Part shown: positions 13,442 to 27,289 of the stretch, in pieces
How the letters are laid out: each line of letters opens with the position of its first letter
Numbering within the stretch: the first letter of the stretch is position 1
Source: Octopus vulgaris
Lineage: Eukaryota
Length of the DNA: 64,000 nucleotides
Direction of reading: 5' to 3'
Assembly (NCBI GenBank): GCA_951406725.2
Contig: OX597820.1
Coordinates: 39,618,001 to 39,682,000 of the forward strand
Notes under the pieces: generated by a model
The model's database searches: none
Told to the model about the DNA's origin: nothing
What the model saw: only the letters and a program-made list of their open reading frames with translations
Translations under genes and position numbers: made by a program

Positions 13442-13590
13442 TTGAATGGTCGAAATGAGGAGTAGACAGCCGACAATTGATGAAGGGTAGTTCTCTGCGT
13501 TACTTGTCCCGTTTTCAATGTTTTTCGCTCGTTTGTTATCGTATGTCATGTTGCTTACAGTTGGTGACGTCCTGTACCCATCTATGCATA
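12583..13590. repeat. Inverted pair of a ~155-bp interspersed repeat (12583-12740 minus; 13441-13590 plus), possibly Penelope-type terminal repeats
   Basis: gttgaatggtcgaaatgaggagtagacagccgacaattgatgaaggg..gtcctgtaccc at 13441 is the reverse complement of 12583-12740. A related copy at ~48790-48995 also ends gtcctgtaccca. Confidence 0.7.
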
Positions 13591-13658
13591 TATATTTTAT
13601 TTATATTGTTATTATTATTATTATTAGATATATATATATGTGCATACATGTATATATA

Positions 13659-13703
<45 letters not shown>

Positions 13704-13960
13704 TACAATGTACATATATAAAATATTTATACACACACACACACATACATATATATATATACATATATACATGTATACATACATACATACATACATACGC
13801 AAAAACACAGTCAAAAACACACACATATATGTATTATGCAGTGCCCCAGTATGGCAGCGTTCTGATTACTGAAGTAAAAGATAAAGTAAAAGATATGTAT
13901 ATATACATAATTATATATATATGTATATAATTATATATGTATATATATATATGCATTATA

Positions 13961-14046
<86 letters not shown>

Positions 14047-14490
14047 CATGCATGATGTAATACCTATACTCTTTCTCTTTGTATACATATAAAGAGGAGA
14101 GAGACAGAGAGAGTGGGGAATAGACAGATAGACAGCAAGACAGACAAACGATTCTAAACATTCTTATCTGTTCTCATCTATAAATATTAATTACACTTAC
14201 CGAAATGAAAATCATTCTATAACTATTTATTGGCATTGCTAACCCACGTTTTCTATTTCCTCATGCATCATGACATTTTGGCCGGAATGCACGTGACATC
14301 AATGCACATGCTTTGATAAAGCATAAATTGGTTCTTCCTTACCCCTTTCTCTTAAAGACCACCACGTGAATGCATCATTGTTCTGTGCCCTTTATAATGT
14401 CTGTGTTGATCTATATAAATATTTAGTATTTAAAAAAAAAAACGTTATTATATGTGTATGCGTAAGTATGTGTGTGTGTGTGCGTATCTG

Positions 14491-14583
<93 letters not shown>

Positions 14584-14609
14584 ATACAAGTCCATTCATA
14601 CATACAAAC

Positions 14610-14872
14610 GCATGGCTCTGTGGTTAGAGCGTCGAACTTACGACCGTGAGGTTGTGAGTTCGATTCCCAGATCGGGCTGCGTGTTATGTTCTTGAGCAAG
14701 ACACATTATTTCACGTTGATCCAGTTAACACAGCTGCGGAAATGAGTTGCGACATCACTGGTGCCAGGCTTTATCGCCCTTTGCCTTTCCCCTGGATAAC
14801 ATCTTTGTCCGCTCTTGTTCCTCGGAGGATAACTTTCTAGGTGCGAGGCCATGGACATTCATGAAGGAAGAG
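14610..14872 (+). mobile_element. SINE family B (tRNA head + CORE-like domain)
   Basis: A box tggctctgtgg, B box gagttcgattccc, then ttgagcaagacac..atttcac; matches 57858-58200. Confidence 0.85.
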
Positions 14873-15597
14873 GGTCTCCTCATATACATATATATATATA
14901 TGTTGCAACATATCTCTCCCTCTCTCTCTATATATATCTCTCTATATATAAAACTGAGAATGTGTGTCTGTCAGTGTGTTTCCCTAAAACTTGAGAACTA
15001 CACAACCAATTTCATTCAAATTTTACACATGCCTTACTTAAGGTCCGGGGAGTGTCATCGGCAAAAAGATTTTAACTTTTTCCCTACGGCGACCCCACAG
15101 CAACATCATATCTTCTCCACTATTTCAGTATTACGTGTTAAAAGTGAAACAAAAACATCTCTCTATTGTAATGCAGACACTTTCACTTTAGTACTGAAGC
15201 TATTAAAATGAAAGTATTATATAACAAGGATGAACCATTAACAGTGGTCATCCATCTTGCTAGAAGATGATCCGCTATGGTCTTATATGCTACACCACTG
15301 GTTTTCAATTCATATTAATCAAATTAATATTCAATTTTTCGCCCTTATTATGTGTGTGTGTGTATTAGCGATTCGTATAAAATTGCATCAATGACTTGAA
15401 CTTGAATAAGTGGTTCACATAAATGGGAATAAATTAAAAAGGTTTGTTGTTATTATTATTACTGTTTGACTATTGTAATCACGTTTGTTGGTTCCTCGTC
15501 AGGGAAACGTTGTTGTGTTGCATTTGTTAAATAATTGTAAACCGTAACCCTCCCCCTTTCGGAGAAGGGGCTTTGGTTATTGTTTAAAAATTGAATT

Positions 15598-15780
15598 GTG
15601 TCCCTATCTGGGGAAATGGAGGGTATCAGCAATGAAATCTATAACAAAACACTCATTGGCATTAAAGACAGATTTGCTAAACTGGGTGGAAATGAATTGT
15701 CGACGTATGGCCTGCCACAAGCATTCAGATCAGGGTCAAATAGCCTTCCCACTGCTGTCATTCGTGAAACAACCTACGAC
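15598..15780 (+). pseudogene. Helitron Rep/helicase (RepHel) coding fragment
   Basis: IYN.ALI.IED......G..L..YGLP.P.R......RE..YD pattern typical of animal Helitron RepHel proteins. Confidence 0.75.
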
Positions 15781-16029
15781 ACTCATGTATATGTGTACAT
15801 TCATATTTAATATATCAAAGACAATGTCTTTATGTATTTATACATTCAAAAACTGCTGCACCGATCATAATGAAATTTGGAACACAAAATCGAAGCCTTG
15901 GGAGAAGGGTAATGCTGTGTGTTTCATACAATTTCATGGACCAAAATTACTTAGATTCAATGCATAAGGGCGAGTATTAATGCAATATGTTTGGTTTGAA
16001 TTTCAGATGGCTTAAAGGGGGCAGAACCC

Positions 16030-16410
16030 CCCATGAAAATTCATAAATTTTCGATGTTGATGAAATTTCACCTATGGGTAATTGACGCACGTCGAGAAGT
16101 ATTCTCAAAGTTTCCACTTCACATGAGGATTCTAAGACACCTTAATGGGGGCCTTAAATCCCAAATTTTAGTCATTTCTTTTATGATCCAAAACTAAGTC
16201 AAAAGTACTGAATGGATCTTTGCGAAATTTGGAAATTATATTCTATGCATGAGGGCCACAACTCCCATAACAATTCATATATTTTTGCTGTTGATGAAAT
16301 TTTAACCATAGATATTAGATACAAATGAAGTAATATTTATAAAATTTCATCTTCTTACAAGTTAGAAAGAGCCCTCCATGGGGACTTAACACCCACAATT
16401 TTGTCATTTT
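16030..16410. repeat. Diverged direct repeat (~233-bp period) within the Helitron
   Basis: cccatgaaaattcataaattttcgatgttgatgaaattt at ~16030 versus cccataacaattcatatatttttgctgttgatgaaattt at ~16263; downstream gggg..cttaa..cc..aattt..gtcattt is also shared. Confidence 0.7.
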
Positions 16411-17503
16411 ATCTAAGCAAAGACGAATAGTTGTACTCTTAGAAGGTGTGGGGTCATCCGAGCATAGAAGATGAGCAATATTTGTAATTCAATGGTACAA
16501 CAGTGTAAGAGTTTGCTTTGACATACACTTAGATTGTGATTTATGCAATGTGTTGCATAAATTGTCAAGTAAATGAGAGGCATCTTTGCCTCCACTGATT
16601 CAGTTGCAAAGTGTTGAGTAAAGTTATTTGATTGAAGATCTCTTTTCAGTCTTTTTATTATCACTGGGTCACACATAGTCCCCACATGGTAACATTGATT
16701 TCAAGGCCTTCCCAGATGAGTGACTGGTTATTCAAAGACATTTATAGATTGTAAATTTATTCTGTCCAGTTACGTATCAGTATAGTGGTCATTTGCAACC
16801 TCCAGAGGTGACACTTTCTTTTCTCCTTAGTCCTCACGTCCCACAGTTGTTAATGTTTATTTCAGTTTGGTCACGCCCTTCCAATTGCTATAGATTCGTA
16901 ATGCATCTTACGGCTGTGCCTGTCACCTGCATGGTGAGGAATACTACATTGGGAGTGGTAACGACTAAGGTACTGTAGCTGACTGCTTATTGTCATCAAT
17001 CATCTTTTCGTTTCCTGTAGCTTTGCTCTCTTTTACAAAACCAGTGAACATATATTTCCTATTTCAAAGAAATTCAAACAATAGATATAACAACCAAGTT
17101 AAAAAGATTCTCAACAATTCAACTTCTCTGGTTGACATTAAGATGCCCACTCCCAATAGGGGCCTTAACTCTCACATCTTAGAGCTCCATGACCTCCATT
17201 TTTCAGGAGCAAAATCCTTTTCACAGGTTCTATAAGACTGGAATTTTGGAATATGCGCATAAAAATCAGTAGTATGGGATACATGTGGCACGATTACAAT
17301 TTTGTTTGGGTGTGTAAAGAGGGAAATAACCCTCATCTGCAATTTTGCTGAAATTCGAAACATAGGTATTCCAGTTCATTACAGAAAATATAACAGAAAA
17401 GTCTAAATCTTCAATTGCATGTAACTCAGACAACGCCGGGTAACTCTGCTACTATATATATATATATATATATGCCTATACGTATATATATATATATATA
17501 TTT

Positions 17504-17554
<51 letters not shown>

Positions 17555-17629
17555 TATACGTATATATATATATATATTAATACATACATACATATATATA
17601 CACACGCATGTATATGTACAACGTGTATC

Positions 17630-17850
17630 TCTCTCTCTTTTACTCTTTTACTTGTTTCAGTCATTTGACTGTGTCCATGCTGGAGCACCGCCTTTTAGTC
17701 AAGCAAATCGACCCCAGGACTTATTCTTTAGAAGCCTAGTACTTATTCTATCGGTCTCTTTTGCCGAACCGCTAAGTTACGGGGACATAAACACACCAGC
17801 ATCGGTTGTCAAGCGATGCTGGAAGGACAATCGCAGACACACAAACACAC

Positions 17851-17860
<10 letters not shown>
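17630..17860 (-). mobile_element. SINE family A, 3' half
   Basis: ctcttttacttgtttcagtcatttgactg..ttttgccgaaccgctaag..acaccagcatcggttgtcaagc. Confidence 0.9.
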
Positions 17861-17897
<37 letters not shown>

Positions 17898-18827
17898 AAA
17901 TAGAAAGATGAATAATCTTGTAGTAGATTAATCAAAAGTTTAACCGATACCTTAGTAGCAAAAATCACAGCAGTAAAACAGCACGGTTGGAGGTACAACC
18001 ATATGGTGTTGCAACCGTGCGTTGGTGCGGATAATTGAAATTAGAACATTATTGGTGAATTGAAGAAATGGAGCTGAACGCAGATTGAACAGAAATCGTT
18101 TTATTTCATTCTACACGTGTTTCGAAAGGCACAAATTACCAAAATCCGATGGAATAATGGGACCATATTGTGTCTTTCTCTTCAGGAAGAAAATAGGAAA
18201 TCCGTTGGAAAAACAAAAACAGAACAGAGGCGGAGCAAAAACAAATCGAACTATGCTCCTAAGAGCCCATGGCGAAACTGTTTATCAGTGTATGTTGAGA
18301 ACCGGTGGCTGAAGAATTCAACGGGTCAAGCATCGGTCAATCATGTGGATAAGGGTGCGTAGATGTTCTTTGTGACCGAGAATAAAGTTCTGACTATTTA
18401 AAGAATATTGGATGTTTTATAAGGGGCGAGAAAAAATCTACTTAGAGACGTGTGTGTATACTGTTCTATATATGTGTGTGTTGGCGTAGGGGTAGAAAAC
18501 ATTTTTTGTGTACGTGTGTGCGTTTGATCGTTCGGCTGTCAGTGGCTACTGCCGTGATAACCGTTGGGTGGCAGAAAAAAAAAAATATATCATGTTTTAT
18601 GTGTGTGTGTGTTCATCTAAGCCTGCCTTGTCAAGGAAACCCCCCGCTGTGAAAAAACCAAGCCCCGTTTGTCTTACAGGAGTAATTCCCCTTGCAGTGG
18701 TTAATCGTAGATATCTTAAAGGCTATTTCATAATTTGTTACCAAGGGCTATGGGTGCCGGTATTATTTATAAACGCTATTTAAAAGCCAGATAAGTGTAA
18801 CGCCGCCAATGGGGGCATCGAAAAGCC

Positions 18828-18892
<65 letters not shown>

Positions 18893-19059
18893 TACGACGT
18901 GCTTCTTTCAGTTTCCGTCTACCAAATCCACTCACAAGGCTTTGGTCGGCCCGACGCTATAGTAGAAGACACTTGCCCAAGGTTCCACACAGTGGGACTG
19001 AACCCGGGACCATGTGGTTGGTAAGCAAGCTACTTACCACACAGCCACTCCTACGCCTA
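18893..19059 (-). mobile_element. SINE family A, 5' half (tRNA head)
   Basis: cttctttcagtttccgtctaccaaatccactcacaaggc..gtgggactgaacccgg..cttaccacacagccactcc. Confidence 0.9.
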
Positions 19060-19102
19060 TGTATATGTACACAGATTTATACATACATGCATATATGTTC
19101 AT

Positions 19103-19334
19103 TTATTTGTTTCAGTCATTTGACTGCAGCCATGTTGGGGCACCGCTTTTAGTCCAACAAATCGACCCTCAGTGCTTTTTCTTTATAAGTTATTGTATCA
19201 GTCAGTTTTGCTGAACTGCCAAGTTACGGAAACGTAAGTACTCCACCATCGGTTGTCAAGCGACATTGGGGAGACAAGCACAGACACACAAATATATACA
19301 CACACACACATCTGCCTGTCTGTCTCTGTCTGTC

Positions 19335-19368
<34 letters not shown>

Positions 19369-19460
19369 CCTCTCCCTCCATATATATATATAATACGGGT
19401 TTCTTTCAGTTTCAGTCTACTAAAAAATCTAATCACAAGGCTTTGGTTGGCCCAAAGCTA
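19103..19460 (-). mobile_element. SINE family A, degenerate copy
   Basis: ttgtttcagtcatttgactgc..catcggttgtcaagcg..cacaaggctttggttggccc. Confidence 0.8.
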
Positions 19461-19665
19461 TAATAGCTATAATATATTTTTTACCTTACAATTCTTGAAA
19501 AGTCACATTATGACGAAAACCGGTTTGAATTAATATATATTTATGTATTTTATCAATTTCTCATTTCATTAAAATTTTCTTCCAATTTAGCATTCTGCAT
19601 TTTTACAATTTTTCCTTGCTTATCATTTCTCCACGTGCGGTCAACACAACGCCACCATTTATTGA

Positions 19666-19711
<46 letters not shown>

Positions 19712-20002
19712 TATATTTATATATATATACAGGGGTAAAATATGAAAAATCAACGAAAATGCACATTGCAAATATAAAAAAAGGCTATTTATGACAGGTA
19801 ACGACAAATATATACATTTAGATTGACTTAGGTAGTAATGCGAGTCATAAAGTTATTATTATGAGATGATTATAAGATGATAATAATAATAATAATAATA
19901 CAGTAAGAGAACAAAACGGACCATGGTTTACGCGAAGCTATTCATCATTTGAACAACACCGGTTGTTACACGGTGTCAGGTCTAATAGTTCCTGAGGAAA
20001 AA

Positions 20003-20066
20003 GATTATTTGTAAGGGAGGTAAGTAGTTCTGGATTATTTGTAAGGGACGTAAGTAGTTCTGGATT
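20003..20066. repeat. 30-bp tandem duplication inside a decayed Penelope-like coding remnant
   Basis: gattatttgtaaggga(g/c)gtaagtagttctg x2. The minus strand reads LN.PELLT..FFLRNY*, like a PLE C-terminus. Confidence 0.7.
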
Positions 20067-20901
20067 TAGAGATGTGAGGGGTGTAGGAAGTGTATAGGGG
20101 TTAGTGGTTTTAATTGAAGTGTTAGTGGTGTTCTGTATTGAGTTGTGTGTTCATGTTTAGTTGGGGGAGGTGTGTGTGGTTAAAGTCACCAGGCAAGGTG
20201 TTACTTTCTGCTATAACAAATTTCACATACATTTCCCTGGCTGGTTCATATCCAGTGCTTATTTTGACCAGTTTCACACAAGAAAAAAAAACATAGAAAA
20301 CTCGAAGCAAAATAACATGTGAACAAAACTTTACCCGTGTGGGAATTGCGTACTGGGCAGAAACACGGCTTGTCTTCTCACATCATTTTCAGTCTTAAAT
20401 TTAGCACAATGTTTATGATGCATGCGCTCTTGAATGCTCTAATCCGCTTGACAGAGTGTACGTCCTTTCTTACGTCAGCCAGGGCTTTCTTAACTCCATT
20501 TTTTGGACGCTAACTATGTTTTTATAACAGACACCCGTCATATTTCTCCTGCTCTTTTCTTGAATAAAATCCTCGAGCAAAAACATATTTTTGCTTGCAG
20601 CATATGGTAGTCACATATCCTTTTTCAGGAGAAAATATTATTTGGTACTTAATGGCCTACAAACAGCCTGTCAATCGCATCCGTCTATCGTCATCCATTA
20701 TTTCGTCAATTGTGTGCTTCCGTTTATGTACCAGCTTATGTTATTTTCTTTCTATTCGGTCTGTAGAACCAACTAACGCAGAGGAAACTCTGGAATAATA
20801 TTCAAGTTTATGAGCCAAAATTACATACATACATATATACACATATACATACATACATACATACATACATACATACATACATACATACATACATACATAC
20901 A

Positions 20902-20957
<56 letters not shown>

Positions 20958-20975
20958 CATACATACATACATACA

Positions 20976-21007
<32 letters not shown>

Positions 21008-21214
21008 AAGATAGAGAATTAATATATAACCTGCTTTATGAAACAATATATGTATGTATGTATGTATGTATGTATATATGTATGAATGCATGCATATATA
21101 TGTGTATATGTATGTACGTATGTACGCATCTATATATATGTGTGTGGCATAATTTTTATCCATATATATATATGTATTTCTCTTTCTATTTATCTACCTA
21201 CCTATATATATATG

Positions 21215-21267
<53 letters not shown>

Positions 21268-21482
21268 GTGTGTGTGTGGTGTGCGTTTGCATGTATGTCG
21301 ATGCTCCAGCAATTCTACCATCTACCCATCATACGTATTTCACAGTTTGGTGAACACGGCTATTAGGGAGTGAAGAATGGTGGTTATCGCCAGACCAGAA
21401 TGCAACGTATTGAAGTATAAACTGCAGACTTTTCATCATATATATATATATATATATTTCTCTGTAATATATATATATATAT

Positions 21483-21568
<86 letters not shown>

Positions 21569-23104
21569 GTAGATATGCATACATATACACGCATATATAT
21601 GTGTGAATGCGTGTGTGTATATATAATATTTTTGTCGTTTTGCTGTCTAAATATGGCGAATTTAATAAAGTTCCATACAATTTATTTTAAGTAATGCTTA
21701 GTTTCAGATACCATTTTTATCGTAGGCAATTTATGTTGTGTCGGAAAGAGAATAATCGTGATTAGAATTTTATTCAAGGTGTGAATGGCAAACATTTATA
21801 TTTTTCATACAGTTCTTGTTTTTGGCCTCTAGCCAAAATTGTCTTGGTCTGGGAAGACTTTCGATAATCAAATTCAACAGCTCCTGAAAAGTAAGTTGCT
21901 AAATAAATTTTGGTTTTAAACATTAACTTAAATATATTTTCATTACGTATTTTCGTGTGTATGTGTGTGTGTGTGTTTTTTTTTGTGAAAACAATTTACT
22001 ACCTGTTATATAGATCGAACCCCTTGTTTCTAAAAGTGTATACTTACAGGTATTTTAGTGTAAGACTGTTTCATGTGCGTATATGAATTTAATTCTAGCG
22101 TGGCTATCTTTCGCACAAATAAGTAAATGCGTTGCTTTTCGATTTCTATATCATTACAACTAATTTCTAGCTCAGGTGATAAGTCTCGGATACACGTTAC
22201 TGAGGAGGCAAAATAAGGTCAAAACACCGTGTCTGGCGATCCATCGGCGTTTAGAGCGAAGTCCTGTGTATTTAACACAATAGTGTTTCTCTGGGTTGAA
22301 CTTTTACAGCTAGTGCCGCTCCACGTTTGTATACACACTATAAATGCCTATAGACAGCTGTATTTTAATCTAAGAACGTTTCAAGTGCGTAATTATTCTA
22401 GAAATGAACTAACACAGATAATGAACTTAAATTAAACATTCTACAATAAAAGGAAGACCGAATCCGCCTTTAAGACTTTCTTTATTGATTAACATTATAT
22501 GCAACCTCATGATAATTAGAGAAAGCTGTTCATGAAGATTAACAAGGCTTGCCATGTTTTGTCGTATTTTATATCACAGTTTTATGTTGAATAAATCATT
22601 TAAATAAGATATTTTTCAATTGCACCACAATTTATTCAACATTAAACTATAACATACACTGTTATTACTTTGAATTCTCTGAGATGCCTTGTAATGATGG
22701 AATAAACATCGGTCGCCTGAAAGAAGATTTTATTGAGGAGAAAAACATTAAATATCGCTCGTATAATAACGTTCTATAAGATCGGGTTCTTTAACTGCGA
22801 TTTCATTAGTTGATGAGAAACTAAAAGTATGTTGTAGTGTATGTTGATCTCTCAGAAGTAACGTTCCACAGATAAGCTGATACCCGTTACTTTGCTACAT
22901 AAACTAAAGTAGTTAGAATAACATGTTTACATTAGAGACAAATATGACACTCCTGCAGAGAGTTACTAACTTCTGACCTATTGAACAACAAACAATGAGG
23001 GAATGTATTCGATCGCTTTACGAGAAATAGTAGCAATGTACCCTAAAATCAACATCAGTGCTTTTAAAAGGTAGAGGCATGTCGGATACTGTAGTTCTAG
23101 ATTA

Positions 23105-23669
23105 TTGGGTTGTCCAGAAAGCTCGTGCCGATTTATAGTAGCTTACCTTTCGACTTATTTTAGAACATGTTTGAGTCCATAAAATAGGATTTGACTACAC
23201 CTCCATTTAGAGCATCGTTTAAGCTATCTTTTTGTGGAAGAAGGTTTATGTTCCTATAACCTGTGTTAATTCTGTAACCCTTTAAAATGGAAGATAAGAA
23301 GGTTCATTTTCGGCACTTGATTCTTTGGGAACCAGACAAAAATTGGGGCCGCTCGGCTGGGATGTGTTACCTCACCCTCCATATTCACCAGATATTGCTC
23401 CTTCGGATTTCCACTTATTCAGGTCTCTGCAGAATAGTCTTAATGGTAAAAATTCAATTCCTTGGATGACACAAAAAGATACCTTGATGGATTCTTTGCC
23501 ATGAAACCCTCTCAATTCTGGGAAGAGGATATTTTCAAGTTAAAGGAAAGGTGGAGACGCATTGTGCAACAAAATGGTTCATACTTGGTCGATTAAAAAT
23601 GTAATGGCAAGTATTTATTGAATTTGTTCTTTCTTTTAAAAATCGGCACGAACTTTCCGGACAACCCAA
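23105..23669 (+). mobile_element. Internally deleted mariner (~565 bp) with intact TIRs and TA TSD
   Basis: TA|ttgggttgtccagaaagctcgtgccgattt ... aaatcggcacgaactttccggacaacccaa|TA. Encodes MEDKKVHFRHLILWE joined to LGWDVLPHPPYSPDIAPSDFHLFRSLQN..WRRIVQQNGSY. Confidence 0.95.
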
Positions 23670-23997
23670 TAGGTTGGATGGCTTTACTTGGAGCGCATTT
23701 ATTCATGAGCCTGCCTGGTTAAGGATAGCCTACAGCTAAATAACATCAAGAACACAACAGACGTTACGATATCAATGTTTAAATAACTCATTTAACTTTT
23801 TTATTACTGGTTGCTTTTGTAAAAGAAAACCTGACACTCGAAATTTTCCAGTTTCAGTTTCTTTCAGTTGAGATCACTAAGATCCTACCGGCGAACATAT
23901 TCAGCTGTTTCCTACATTTCATCATATTTTATGTTAACACAAAATATCGGTTGCATATTTTGGCATGAGGTCAATGTTATCACAAATATACTGACAA

Positions 23998-24379
<382 letters not shown>

Positions 24380-24380
<1 letters not shown>

Positions 24381-24685
24381 GGCATATGGCATAGTGGTTA
24401 AGAGCGCGGGTTACTAACCCCAAGATTCCGAGTTCAATTTGAAGCAGTGTCCTGAACAACAACAACAACAGCAGCAGCAACAACAACAACAATAACAGCA
24501 TCAACAATAATAATAATCATAAATATAATACTACTAATAATAACAACATCGAAAAAATACCTTAGGAATGAGAACCCAGGTTCGAAATTTCTCCAAGACA
24601 CCCGAAGAAAGCCGAAACGTTGTGTTAACAGCAAACAAGATGAGGACAAATATCCGTCGAATGTAAATAATGTAAATAATGTATA
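24380..24685 (+). mobile_element. SINE family C, right copy (head-to-head with left copy)
   Basis: gggcatatggcatagtggttaagagcgcgggttactaaccccaag..catcgaaaaaataccttaggaatgagaacccaggttcgaaattt..gccgaaacgttgtgttaac. Hammerhead stem II is deleted and the core is mutated. Confidence 0.9.
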
Positions 24686-26708
24686 CTGTCAGTTAGTTAA
24701 ACGATTACTACTGGGACTAATTAAACCCCAATAAAATTTATTCGGAGATAAATTCTTGGAGTCCTATACAGAAATAATGCACACGATTCTCAGACCATAG
24801 CGAACGAGTCTAGATACCAGCTTTTTATAAATGGTTTAGTTACTGGAAGACTCGTAGCACTCAGGACCTTTCAAGTGGTCGAAAAAGAAGTAATTTTGAC
24901 ACCTGAAACTTGAATTAGAATACCTGCAATGGTGTGGATTCTACTAAAGGTATCCAAGAGGCTAGATGGTGGAGTATCAAACCGGTAACAAGGAACAGAT
25001 TACGTCTACCATCAAATAAGAAGAACTATCTATCCAACAGGTTTTTTTTCATATTTTCAGTCGATCAGATTTAATTACAATGATTTTGGTCAATTTAAGG
25101 AGGTGATATTAGATGGCACTTACCAAAAGTACCATGTGCTGAGATTGATCCAGAAACAGAATAGCTACAAAGCGAATATCTTACACAGACCTACGCTTAC
25201 AAAAAAAAAAAGAAAGAATTTATACAACTCTTCCAAGGCTTGAATTGAACTCTTGTATTTCAGAGCGAAATTTTTCTCTAGTGACGCGGCAGTTATCCTT
25301 CACGGTTAGATTGATTGAGGCATGAAAAAGAAAATGTCCTGCGCAGAGATATATGAAAATGTCTGGTTGCAGATTAAAAATTATTGACTCAACTAAGCTG
25401 GTAAATCAATACCTCAGCCACTCAACTATTTAAGCGAACCAGGAACATACATATTAGCTTTGATTCATAAATATTAGTACACATTTATACACACATCATA
25501 CGTACATACGTATTCATTCACACACACAGACATACACACTCACACACACATAAACACACACATGCACACACACACACACAACACACACACACACCACAGA
25601 AATACAATACCTTATGCCTAGAATCATGCATCACTTTACTCACACACATTCACAAACACACAAAGACATATTTCCAGATTCCTGCATCACTCTTTGTCTT
25701 CTCTTTATCCGCTTCTTTTTCTTCCATCCCCTCTCTCCCCTCTCTCTCTCATTCTCTCTCCTCTCTCCTCTCTCTCTCTTACACAAACATACACACACAT
25801 ATACACACATGCACACACGCCTACACACACACAGGCACGTGCTCAGTAGTTATACATGGAAGCATACACGTGTATATGAGCGAGTAGAGGCGCACAAGAA
25901 AATGCGCGCACGTGCGCAGTGTTTCCTTCTTCCGGCAATGACACGAGGCAAATGGCCTCTGGTCCTCGTGATCAGCCATTAAAATTTTGCTAGCTTGATC
26001 ATTTCGTTTGGTGTATATTGTTTGTGTTCACTAGCAATGGTTTGTCTGCTCGCTAGTGACTTCTGTTAGAATGTATGTTGCCGTGTGTGTGTGTGTGTGT
26101 GTGTGTATTTGTGTGTGTGTGTATTTGTGTGTGTGTGTGTGTGTGTGTATGTATGAGTGAGCGTGTGTGTATGTGTGTGTGAATGAGTAAATGTATGTGA
26201 GCGTATGTGTGAGTGTGTGTATACATATGTATGTATGTATGTGTGTGTGTGTATGTGTGTGTGTGTGAGTGAGTGTGTATGTGCATACGGATGTGTGTGT
26301 GTATGTGTGTGAATGAACGATGCTTGCTTAGTGCTGGATTAGTTGGCAGCGAAAGGAAATTCAGTCAAACGCTGGCCAAACGCATTTCCTTTGACCTATT
26401 GACTCAGCATTAGTAAACGACACACGACTTAACAGCACGCAATTGGTTCCAGGAGATTCAGCTTACACCTTCATTAGATGGTTTGGCAGCTTTTGCATCT
26501 AGACTATAGAGGCATAACGGATAATAAAGTCTTCTCTTTCTCATTTTCTTTCATATCCCTTCAGCGTACTCTCTGTTCCCTCTATAATTTTATCAACATA
26601 CAAATTACACCGCAATACACACGCACATACATAATCATTTTCAAGCACACGCACACACACACGCACAAACACACACACACGCACACACACACGCACAAAC
26701 ACACACAC

Positions 26709-26741
<33 letters not shown>

Positions 26742-26855
26742 GATAATACTCGAACACATGCATATGTATGTATGCATGTATGTATGTATATATGTATGTC
26801 TATCTATCTATCTATCTATCTATCTGTCTATCTATCTATCTATCTATCCATCTAG

Positions 26856-26971
<116 letters not shown>

Positions 26972-27065
26972 CTCTATCTCTCTATCTATCTATCTATCTA
27001 TCTGTCTATCTGTCTATTTATCTGTCTATCGATTTGAATGTCTGTCGGTCTATCTAACTATGCAA

Positions 27066-27109
<44 letters not shown>

Positions 27110-27289
27110 CTGTGCATGTATGTGTGTGTGCGCGTGTGTGTGTGTTGCATGTGCATGTGTGTGAGTGTGAGTGTGCGTGTGTGTTTGCGCGCGCGCGAAT
27201 CTGCATATATGTGTACATCGCTGATCTCGTATAGAGAAAAACAACTTGTTTGAAATCTCTGAGTAAGAGATATACAGTAACACTACAAA

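Larger units (their letters stand above)
14937..17452 (+). mobile_element. Internally deleted Helitron with RepHel remnant
   Basis: 5' A|TCTCTCTATATATAAAAC..gtgtgtctg; ORF 15598-15810 (EIYNKTLIGIKDRFAKLGGNELSTYGLPQ..IRETTYD) resembles the RepHel linker before the helicase; 3' caacgccggg..tgCTAC|T (decayed CTAG). That both ends belong to one element is inferred. Confidence 0.7.

Noticed and set aside
17894-18060. Solo LTR with primer-binding site (TG..CA then ttggtg)
   Set aside because: No second LTR, no terminal inverted dinucleotide context with a TSD, and no convincing tRNA complementarity.
21368-21412. Further hammerhead-like string gtgaagaa-tggt..acca-gaat
   Set aside because: Both core segments are mutated and there is no stem I; too weak.
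24388-24445. Functional tRNA genes at SINE heads (also 14610, 57858, 63790)
   Set aside because: No acceptor-stem pairing, and each continues into a repeated SINE body.
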